Source of the DNA: Anaerolineae bacterium
Lineage (GTDB): Bacteria; Chloroflexota; Anaerolineae; S140-20
Assembly (NCBI GenBank): GCA_027021705.1
Contig: JALUTT010000077.1
Coordinates: 32,001-96,000, forward strand
Reading direction: 5' to 3'
Length of the DNA: 64,000 nt
Made by a program: the position numbers and the translations under genes. Each line of letters begins with the position of its first letter. Within the stretch, counting starts at the first letter, position 1. The notes under the pieces are model-generated. The model worked only from the letters and a program-made list of their open reading frames with translations. It searched no databases and had not been told where the DNA came from. This document shows positions 17,201 to 24,984 of the stretch, piece by piece.

Positions 17201-17233
17201 GGAAGAGAAATCCAAGGCGCGGGAGGATCCGGC

Positions 17234-18226
17234 CTAGCGTGAGCGGGGAGGAGGCCGGCGGTCGCCGAAGCCGAAGAGGCGCTTGAGGAAGCTGCCCGAC
17301 GAAGGGGCCTCCTCGCGACCTCGTTCTTCCCACATCCCCTGCTGGCGGTCGTGCATCCAGGCATCCCGCGCCTCCACCAGTTCGGTGAAGAGCGCTTCCA
17401 GCGGAGCTTCCTCCTCGGCCAGGAGCATCGCCCGCAGTCTCTCCAGCGTTCCCAGCCAGGCGTTCAGTTGGCGCAGCAGGTTCTCCCGGTTCAGCCGGAG
17501 CAGGGCGGCCTGGGAGCGGGCCTGACCGACGACGGGGGCGGTGGCCTGGAGGAAGGCGGGTCCTGCCACTTTGCGGGCCTCGCGCCAGCCGGGGGAGTCC
17601 AGGGCGGTGCGGAGCAGGACGGTGCCCAAGAGCATCGGCAGCGCTTCCACGGCTGCCCGCAGCCCATCGTGCTCCTGGGGGTCCAGGAAGATGGGGCGTG
17701 CCCCCAGCATCTCGGCCAGGGCGGCAAGTTGCTCGACGGCCTCCGGGGTCGTGCCGGTGTCCGGCGTGATGCAGTAGAGCCCCCCCTCGAAGGCGTCGGC
17801 GCGGGCCGCCTCCGGCCCCCCCTTGCACTCCAGGGGCGAGAGGCGGGGGTTGAAGAGGGGAGCCCCGCCCACGTAGTGGACCTGGGGGGAGAGCCACCGC
17901 CGCGCCCACTCCAGCACGGGCACCTTCAGGCTCGCCGTGTCGGTGACGATGGCCCCCGGCTTCAGTTCCGGGCCGATCACCTCCAGCGTGTCCCGCACTT
18001 CCAGGAGGGGGACGGCCAGGATCACCAGGTCAGCCTGCTCGCAGGCGCGGATCAGGTTGATCCGGGTTCGGTCCACAGCACCCAGCCGTCGGGCTTGGCG
18101 GGCCCGCAGCGGGTCTACCTCGTGGCCGGTGATGGAGAGGGAGGGGTCCCGCGCCTTCAGCGCGAGGCCGATGGAGGTGCCGACAAAGCCCAACCCAACC
18201 AGCGTGATCTGCGTGCGTTCGCTCAT
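17234..18226 (-). CDS. tyrA: Prephenate/arogenate dehydrogenase family protein
   Basis: GLGFVGTSIG Rossmann motif, DTASLK, EHD; the usual GHP motif reads GAP, so activity is uncertain. Confidence 0.75.
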   Translation of the reverse strand: MSERTQITLVGLGFVGTSIGLALKARDPSLSITGHEVDPLRARQARRLGAVDRTRINLIRACEQADLVILAVPLLEVRDTLEVIGPELKPGAIVTDTASLKVPVLEWARRWLSPQVHYVGGAPLFNPRLSPLECKGGPEAARADAFEGGLYCITPDTGTTPEAVEQLAALAEMLGARPIFLDPQEHDGLRAAVEALPMLLGTVLLRTALDSPGWREARKVAGPAFLQATAPVVGQARSQAALLRLNRENLLRQLNAWLGTLERLRAMLLAEEEAPLEALFTELVEARDAWMHDRQQGMWEERGREEAPSSGSFLKRLFGFGDRRPPPRSR

Positions 18227-18232
18227 AGGACC

Positions 18233-18754
18233 TCAATTCCGGTTGTCTGCCCACTGGAGAAGGGAGAGCAGGTGGAGCAGGTCGGGGTCTGCATCGGGCG
18301 GGGCCTTCTCCTGGTGGTGGCGGATCAGCCAGACGGCTCGGGGGGAGGCACCGGCTTCCTCAGCCCAGCGGGCGCCGATCTCGGGGTGCCGATGGTGGAG
18401 GGCGAAGCCCCGCCGCCATCCCGTTGCCCCGTCGGCGCTCACCCGATCCAGCAGTGCTGTGCCTTCCAGCAGCACGACGGCCACCCGCTGCCAGAGGGGG
18501 AGGGGGCCGGCCGCCTTCCCCACGTCGTGGAGCAGGGCCGCCGTGAGTAGGTCAGGGTCGCGATGGCCTGCCTGCAGCAGCGTGCGGCAGACGCGGATGG
18601 CGTGCTGCTGGTCGTTGGGGGGCATGCGCTGGAAAAGGGCGGCCTGGGCCGGCGTCAGCAACGCTCGCACCATCTGCCGGTCCTCCTCGCCCACCCGGGC
18701 GGTGATCGCCTGGAGGAACTGCCGAATCCTATACGAGGAGACGGAAAAGCGCAT
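18233..18754 (-). CDS. HD-domain protein
   Basis: DQQH..AALLHDVGK..HPEIGA..HH..D. Confidence 0.85.
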   Translation of the reverse strand: MRFSVSSYRIRQFLQAITARVGEEDRQMVRALLTPAQAALFQRMPPNDQQHAIRVCRTLLQAGHRDPDLLTAALLHDVGKAAGPLPLWQRVAVVLLEGTALLDRVSADGATGWRRGFALHHRHPEIGARWAEEAGASPRAVWLIRHHQEKAPPDADPDLLHLLSLLQWADNRN

Positions 18755-19382
18755 TGGCCAGCGGTCCCAGGATACGCCCCAGGATGTTAAGCGGCGTCAT
18801 CTGGTCCACGAGGATGACCAGCAGGAAGATCATCGGGCCGTAGGGCTGTAGCCGGTCCAGAAAGCCCTGCAGGTCGTAGGCCCAGCGGGTCGGGACGGTG
18901 CTCAGGACGCCGCGCAGGATGTTGTAGCCGTCCAGAGGGTAGAGGGGGATCAGGTTGAACAGGCAGAGGATGATGTTGACGATGACTCCGGTGAGCAGGA
19001 TGTGCTGGAAGAAGGCGGGGATCACCAGGCCGCCCAGCCGCAGGGGGATGGCCCAGAGCACCGCCTGCAGCAGGTTGGAGAGGGGGCCGGCCGCGGCGAC
19101 GATGCCGAAGCCCAGCCGGGGGCCGTAGCGGAGATAGCGCGGATTGACGGGTACCGGCTTCCCCCAGCCGAATCCGTAGCCGGTGAAGGCGCTGAAGACC
19201 ATCATCGCCGTTCCCATCGGGTCCAGATGAACGGCGGGGTTCAGCGTCAGCCGCCCTTGGTAGCGGGCCGTTGGGTCTCCCAGCCGGTCGGCCGCCCAGG
19301 CATGGGCGAACTCGTGGACGGCGATGGAGAGCACCAGGATCAGCATGGTGATGAGAAACTGGGTGATGTCCAGACCAGGCAT
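18729..19382 (-). CDS. Site-2 protease (M50)
   Basis: HEFAH, AGPLSN, FNLIPLYPLDG. Confidence 0.92.
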   Translation of the reverse strand: MPGLDITQFLITMLILVLSIAVHEFAHAWAADRLGDPTARYQGRLTLNPAVHLDPMGTAMMVFSAFTGYGFGWGKPVPVNPRYLRYGPRLGFGIVAAAGPLSNLLQAVLWAIPLRLGGLVIPAFFQHILLTGVIVNIILCLFNLIPLYPLDGYNILRGVLSTVPTRWAYDLQGFLDRLQPYGPMIFLLVILVDQMTPLNILGRILGPLANALFRLLV

Positions 19383-19422
19383 CGGTGGATCCTCTCCTTT
19401 ACGGACAAATGGGCAATTTGTC

Positions 19423-20015
19423 TTACATCCTCTCTGCACCCTCGCCGGGGCACACCAAATCCAGGATCAACGGCTCGTCGGTGCCGTGGGGGGATTCCGC
19501 CAACACGTTACCGGCTCCATCCACGACCATTCCGCCGCCGAAACTTCCTTCCTTGATCCCCACGTCCAACGCATTGACGATCACCGCGCAGGTCCCTATA
19601 CGCTCGACCGCCTTTCGGTAGACCTGCCGCTCTTCTTCTTCCCACCGCCGGCGATCGGGCGATTGCCCATCGAACCCGCGTGCCATCGGCACCATCAGCC
19701 ATTGGGTGTCGGGTGGGACCTGTTGAAGATGCCGGTGGCGGCTCTTTCGACGAGCCCGAAACAGACGCCGGCTCGCAACTGCCTTGCCAGCGATGCCACC
19801 TTATCGGTCGTTGGGCCCGGGATGGGCTCCGCAAAACCTGCCAAGTCGTCCTGCTCGTACAGGTACCCCGTGAAGGCACACTCCGGCAGGCAGATGACGT
19901 CCACCCGCTCTCGGGCAACCGCCTCCTCTGCCACGTTGACAAATCGCTGCCAATTGAGGTCCGGCCTTTTGACGTGCGTTCGGAGCGGGATCAGCGCGAC
20001 GCGCACCGGCAACAT
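19423..20015 (-). pseudogene. Carbon-nitrogen hydrolase (nitrilase family), disrupted
   Basis: N-terminal CLPECAFTGY ORF and C-terminal GGGMVVDGAGNVLAE ORF are separate; the central catalytic Lys and Cys segments are not seen. Confidence 0.7.
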
Positions 20016-20105
20016 TTCTCATTATCCAGCCGTAGGTCACCTGCCGTAGCCCCACAGGAAGGGGATTATACCACGAATCGGGGAGCGAGGCGAGTGAGAG
20101 GGAGC

Positions 20106-20260
20106 CGGTGATTACCCATATCTTTGGAGATAGGGAGGCTAGCCGTCCACGAATGGGGCACGAATGCACGAATTAAGGACCGCCTCATTCGTGCACTTGT
20201 GAGAAATTCGTGGACGGCCTGCTACGGACCACTCTCTCGCTCACTGGTGGGTAATCACCG
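20106..20260 (+). mobile_element. Repeat family B (MITE-like, 155 bp)
   Basis: 13-bp terminal inverted repeat cggtgattaccca/tgggtaatcaccg; internal IR gccgtccacgaat/attcgtggacggc. Confidence 0.8.
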
Positions 20261-20270
20261 CAGGAGGAGA

Positions 20271-23186
20271 TCAGGCCCCCCGTGCCACCAGCGGGAGGAA
20301 GAGACGGGAGGCCCAGGGCACGATGGTCCGGTTGGGGCGCAGGGCCGGGTCTCCCAGCAGGATGAAGGTGTCCAGCAGGTCGAGGTAGAGCCCGCTGGCA
20401 GCCAGCTTCAGCTTCCCCGTCAGCGTGGCCTCCCCCACCGTCGCCACCCCGTCGGTGAAGAGGGCTTGGAAGAAGCCCTGGGAGAGGCGGTCGTGGCCGG
20501 TTCCCACCCCCAGCCCCGTGGCTCCCCAGGCCGCCACCGCTCCTCCTCCCGGCTGCGTCACCAGCCCTTCGTCCAGCGTCGGTTCCGGTCGCTGGAAGGC
20601 TCCGGTGAAGCAGGTCATCTCCACGACCACGGGCAGGCGACGGTCATTGCTCAGGGAGGACAGGTCGTCCAGGTGGAAGAAGCGCTCGGCGGCCCACTGC
20701 TGCCAGGAGGCGTGGCCGGTGAACTGGACCAGCAGCGCCCCCCGGTTCCAGTCGGCGAGGAGGGCGGTGTGGAGCTCGGCGGTCTCCTGGGGGGAGCAGT
20801 CGCTGAGGTGATCGGCGCTCCCGGCACAGTAGCGGCGGGTCACGGTGAAGGGGGCGGTGACGTAGGGGACGGCGTAGGTCTCCGACGAGGCGGCGAAGTC
20901 CCCCGCCGCGTCGGCATCGTCGGCCACCAGGAGCACGTTGGCGTTCCAGCCGCCGGGGAAGGGGGCGCTCTCGTACCGGACGATCTTCCCGACCACGGTC
21001 TGGGCTTCGGCCGCCGTCTGCACCGGCAGCCGGCCCAAGAGGAGGTCGGGCAGGCGGTCGTTGCCGTCCACGGTGACATAGCGGTTGTCGGCCGCCACCT
21101 CCCCGGCCCAGGGGTCCGCATCGGCCAGGTAGGGCGGGATGAAGGTGGGGGGCGAGTCGGTCCGGTAGCGCCGGGGGTCGAAAGAGCCGTCACCCACCAG
21201 CAGGACGTAGGCGGGGCGGGGGGTCCAGCTCGCGTAGGCGTCGGCGATGAAGGCCCGGATCGCCTGAGGGTCGGGTCGGCCGTCGCCGTAGGCATCGTAA
21301 AGACCCAGCACGCTGACGACGGTGACGCTGAGCCCCTGGGACCGGCGCAGGGTCAGCAGGGGGGCCAGGGCGTCGGCGAAGTCCGGATGGGTGATGACGA
21401 GGAGGTCGGCTCCGGTCAGGTCACCGCTGAGGAGGAGGGGTTCGCCGGCCCGGATGCGCCGGGGAGGGCGCAGGCCGTCGGCGTTGAGCAGGAGGTAGCG
21501 GCGGGGGCCGCCCTCCGGCGGGTCGGCCAGGGTCGCCCTGTCACCTGTCACCGCCAGCCCCGTCAGCCGCCGGGGGTGCCGGGGGTCGGTGACGTCGTAG
21601 GCCCGCAGGCCGGTGGTCTCGGTCAGGGCGAGGGTGTAGGCCCACCGTCCTGACCCACCCTCGAAGGTGAGGGCGCTACCGGTGGCGGTGGTGGTGTGGG
21701 CATAGCGGAGGGCGAAGGCGTCCACCCAGGCCCCCTCCACCGTCACGTCGGGGAGGCCCGGCAGCGTCAGCGTGAGGGTGTTGACGTCGCTCTGGAGCAG
21801 GCCGGGCGTGATGGCGAGGGTGGCGGTGATCGCCCGCTTGCCGTTCCAGGTCACGGAGCCCAGGGAGGAGCCGTTGAGGGCGACGGCGACCTGGTGGTCG
21901 GGGTTGGCGCTCACGTCGGTGTAGCCCAGGAGCCAGAGGGTCAAGGTGGCCGGTTGGGAGGCATCCACCGCCGGCGTCGCGAAGGGGAGGGCGACGGAGG
22001 TCCGGTCGGGGAGGCGCAGGACCTCCCAGGTCCAGCGGTCCCCGTCGCGACCGGTGGGCAGGGGGCCGCAGAAGCAGTCGGGGGTGTAGAGGCGGTTTTC
22101 CTCGACGGTCTGCTCGACCCAGGGGGTGCCGGCGGGGAGGCCGGTCGGGTCGGCACTGCGGGTCGCCATCCGCAGACCGGGGGTCGTGTCGGCGACCAGC
22201 CGGTAGACGTCGCCGGCCACCCAGCGGCTGAAGCGGGGCTCGGCGTAGAAGGTGAGGGCCTCCCCCGGCTCGAAGCGGGCGTCGTCGTCCCCCTCCCACT
22301 CGTAGGCCACCTCCCGGCTGCCCTGGAAGAGGCGCAGGTTGCGGGGGGTGGCGGTGGCGAAGCCCAGGGGGTCCAGGTCCTCGTAGGTCACCCGGTAGAG
22401 GCCGGGGGCGTCCACCTCCAGGAAGGCTTGTGGGGATGCCTGCTGCGTGCTCACCGATGAAGGGTTCCTCGGTCGGGGTGCAGGGAGAGCCGGGATGGCG
22501 TCCCAGGGGTTCAGGACCTGGCGGCGCACCGCCTCCAGGAGGGGGTCCGAGGAAGCGGGCGCGGGAGAGGCGGCGTGGGCCGACGCCGGTCGGGACCAGC
22601 GGACGGTCAGGCGCAGCCGGCGGACGACCCGCAGGTGGCGGCCCTGGGGGCGGGCGGGGTAGAGGCGCAGCCGGGCCAGGCGGATGCCGCGCACCGTCCC
22701 GACCTCCTCCAGGAGGACGGGAGAGGTGGGGGGAACGCCGGTGGGGTCCGGGGCTGCCGGGGCGAACCCTCCGCCGATGGGGCGTCCTGCGGTGTCCCGG
22801 ACCACCCCCTGGGGCCGGGGGGCCGGGGCGATGGGAGCCGGGAGCGGTCGGTCTTCCTCGTCGAGGGCCAGGACCTGGAGCTGGGGGGTGGCCCCCGGCG
22901 GGAGGGCGATGAGGGCGGCGGCGAAGGGGAGGCGGGGCCGGCCGGGTTCGTCGTCCAGGGGGAGGCCGGCTGCCGTGACGGTCACGGCGCCGTCCTTCTG
23001 GAGGCGCAGCGCCACCGGGGGTGGGGTCCAGACCATCTCCAGGCCGGTGGCGTCGGCCCGGAGCAGGCGTAGGCCCGGCGGCGGGGCGGGGGCAGCCGCC
23101 GGAAGGGCCATTGCGCCGGTCCCGCTGCCGGCGAGGAGGAGGAGCAGGAAGAGCGGGAAGAGCAGGAGCCGTGGTAGTTGGAGCAT
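20271..23186 (-). CDS. Secreted C25 (gingipain-family) cysteine peptidase
   Basis: Signal peptide, YVLLVGD, LGRLP, FTGHAS (His), MTCFTG (Cys), LLGDPA. Confidence 0.88.
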   Translation of the reverse strand: MLQLPRLLLFPLFLLLLLAGSGTGAMALPAAAPAPPPGLRLLRADATGLEMVWTPPPVALRLQKDGAVTVTAAGLPLDDEPGRPRLPFAAALIALPPGATPQLQVLALDEEDRPLPAPIAPAPRPQGVVRDTAGRPIGGGFAPAAPDPTGVPPTSPVLLEEVGTVRGIRLARLRLYPARPQGRHLRVVRRLRLTVRWSRPASAHAASPAPASSDPLLEAVRRQVLNPWDAIPALPAPRPRNPSSVSTQQASPQAFLEVDAPGLYRVTYEDLDPLGFATATPRNLRLFQGSREVAYEWEGDDDARFEPGEALTFYAEPRFSRWVAGDVYRLVADTTPGLRMATRSADPTGLPAGTPWVEQTVEENRLYTPDCFCGPLPTGRDGDRWTWEVLRLPDRTSVALPFATPAVDASQPATLTLWLLGYTDVSANPDHQVAVALNGSSLGSVTWNGKRAITATLAITPGLLQSDVNTLTLTLPGLPDVTVEGAWVDAFALRYAHTTTATGSALTFEGGSGRWAYTLALTETTGLRAYDVTDPRHPRRLTGLAVTGDRATLADPPEGGPRRYLLLNADGLRPPRRIRAGEPLLLSGDLTGADLLVITHPDFADALAPLLTLRRSQGLSVTVVSVLGLYDAYGDGRPDPQAIRAFIADAYASWTPRPAYVLLVGDGSFDPRRYRTDSPPTFIPPYLADADPWAGEVAADNRYVTVDGNDRLPDLLLGRLPVQTAAEAQTVVGKIVRYESAPFPGGWNANVLLVADDADAAGDFAASSETYAVPYVTAPFTVTRRYCAGSADHLSDCSPQETAELHTALLADWNRGALLVQFTGHASWQQWAAERFFHLDDLSSLSNDRRLPVVVEMTCFTGAFQRPEPTLDEGLVTQPGGGAVAAWGATGLGVGTGHDRLSQGFFQALFTDGVATVGEATLTGKLKLAASGLYLDLLDTFILLGDPALRPNRTIVPWASRLFLPLVARGA

Positions 23187-23433
23187 AAGTCTTTCGTCCT
23201 CGGTCCGTAGTCCGCAGTCCTTGGTCGAGTGGTCGGGTGGTCAAGTGGTCGGATGGTCGGTGATCGGCGATAGAGTCGGCGGTCTGCGGTCAGTAACGCC
23301 ATTATACCCCCCTCCCCACGTCTATGCCAACGCCATCGGGGGATCAGTGGGTGGTCAAGTGCCCCTCGCCTCCTGCCTCTTGGTCAGGTGGTCGTCTGGT
23401 CGGGTTAGTCATTTGGCCCTCAATCCTCAGTCC

Positions 23434-23553
23434 GTATCTATTCAGCCTACCTTCCCGCAGGTCACCGGTCGAGGGCGCTTTCAGCCCCGATGGGTTATTT
23501 GAAGCACGGTTTCGCGTCGGAAACGCGCCTAACCTGCGGGAGGGTGAACAGTT
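23434..23553 (+). repeat. Repeat family A copy
   Basis: Near-identical to 17085-17200. Confidence 0.9.
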
Positions 23554-23656
23554 TCCTCAGTCCTTGGTCCTCGGTCCGCCGCTAAGTCGCTGGCCGCTAG
23601 TTCGCTAGGTCGCTTGATCGGCGGTTTGCGGTCCGCGGTCGGCCGTCGGAAGCTTC

Positions 23657-23810
23657 CGGTGATTACCATATCTTTGGAGATAGGGAGACTAGCCGTCCAC
23701 GGATGGGGCACGAATACACGAATGAAGGACCGCCTCATTCGTGCATTTGTGAGAAATTCGTGGACGGCCTGCTACGGACTACTCTCTCGCTCCCTTGTGG
23801 GTAATCACCG
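23657..23810 (+). mobile_element. Repeat family B copy (MITE-like)
   Basis: Near-identical to 20106-20260. Confidence 0.8.
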
Positions 23811-23825
23811 CCGAGGAAGCTTGGC

Positions 23826-23853
23826 TTGACTTTTTCCCTCACCCTGCTACAAT
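23826..23853 (+). promoter_or_regulatory. sigma70-type promoter
   Basis: TTGACT-16 bp-TACAAT with extended TG. Confidence 0.6.
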
Positions 23854-23934
23854 TTTGAGATAGTGGGTGCCATCTCGAGGCGGCCGGGCTGCTCTGGAGA
23901 AGAACCGATCCCTGCGTGCTGCAAGGAGGCAAAG

Positions 23935-24795
23935 GTGTCCAGGCAAGTGTTGGCGGTAGATAGCAATGAAGCCTTTGCGGTGCTGTTAAAGGAAGGGTTG
24001 GAGAGTCAGGGGGATTACGAGGTCACCATCGCTCTGGATGGGGAGACCGCCCTGCAAGCGATGGAGGGCCGGCGCTGGGACTTGGTTATCGTGGACCTGG
24101 GCCTACCTGAGGAGGACCCCGGTGCGTTGATCCAGGCGATGCGCCAGCGGCAGCCCGACCTGCACCTGATCTGCATCCCCGTGGATGAGGACCGGGTACC
24201 GCCGGAGATCGCCGCCCTCGACGTCCAAGGGGTGCTGACCAAGCCTTTCTTCTTCCCCGACCTGCCCAAGGTGGTCGAGGAAGCCCTCTCCCGACCGGTC
24301 CGTCCGGCAGCCCCCGCGCCGGCAGGGCCTGAGGAGCCCGAGGCGGAGGTGGGGGAAGAGGCTGAAATGGCTCCGCCTTCCCCTGCTCCTCCTTCGCCGG
24401 AGCAACGGGCAACGCTGCAGGAGCATGCTTCCCAGTTGACCGAGCACTTGAAGGCTCTCTCCCGCGAGCTGAGTGCCGACGCCATCCTGCTGACGGCCGG
24501 CAACGAGTTGGTGGCTTACGCCGGTCGCTTCCGCCGCGACGAAGTGGAAACCCTGGCCCGGCTGGTGATGGAAAGTTGGGAGGCCGGTGCCCGGGTCGCC
24601 GCCGCCCTGGGGCGGGAGGGGAGCCGCTTCGAGCAGAGCCTGCACGAAGGAGCCGACTACCTCCTCTACTCCCTCGCTGCCACCGATGACCTGATCCTCT
24701 CCGTCGCCACCCGTCCCGACCGCCCCCTAGGGATGGTCCGCTACCGCACCCGGGAGACCGCCCAGGCGCTACGGGCTGTCCTGGGTGGATCATAG
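23935..24795 (+). CDS. Response regulator: receiver + Pro/Glu linker + Roadblock/LC7 (MglB-like) domain
   Basis: VLAVD..DLVIVDLGLP..LTKPF receiver; C-terminal ADAILL..GNELVA..LGMVR roadblock-like; GTG start with GGAGG RBS. Confidence 0.75.
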   Translation: MSRQVLAVDSNEAFAVLLKEGLESQGDYEVTIALDGETALQAMEGRRWDLVIVDLGLPEEDPGALIQAMRQRQPDLHLICIPVDEDRVPPEIAALDVQGVLTKPFFFPDLPKVVEEALSRPVRPAAPAPAGPEEPEAEVGEEAEMAPPSPAPPSPEQRATLQEHASQLTEHLKALSRELSADAILLTAGNELVAYAGRFRRDEVETLARLVMESWEAGARVAAALGREGSRFEQSLHEGADYLLYSLAATDDLILSVATRPDRPLGMVRYRTRETAQALRAVLGGS

Positions 24796-24984
24796 GATGA
24801 TCGGACCGTCCACAGTCCCCAGTCCGTGGTCCATTTTTTCCACTTTTCCACCAGCGTGGGATGTGGGTCGGACTGGGGGCCGAGGACTGAGAATCCTGTT
24901 CCCCCACACCCGTGGGGGTGAACTGCGAGGGCGCTGTATGCTGCATCCCTATGCTGCGCTCCTTACTGGGTTGGGAGAGCTTCG

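Noticed and set aside
17016..17909. N-terminal 300 aa of the 714-aa glycosyltransferase ORF
   Set aside because: Runs through tyrA and a repeat element; the GT4 domain starts at 17015
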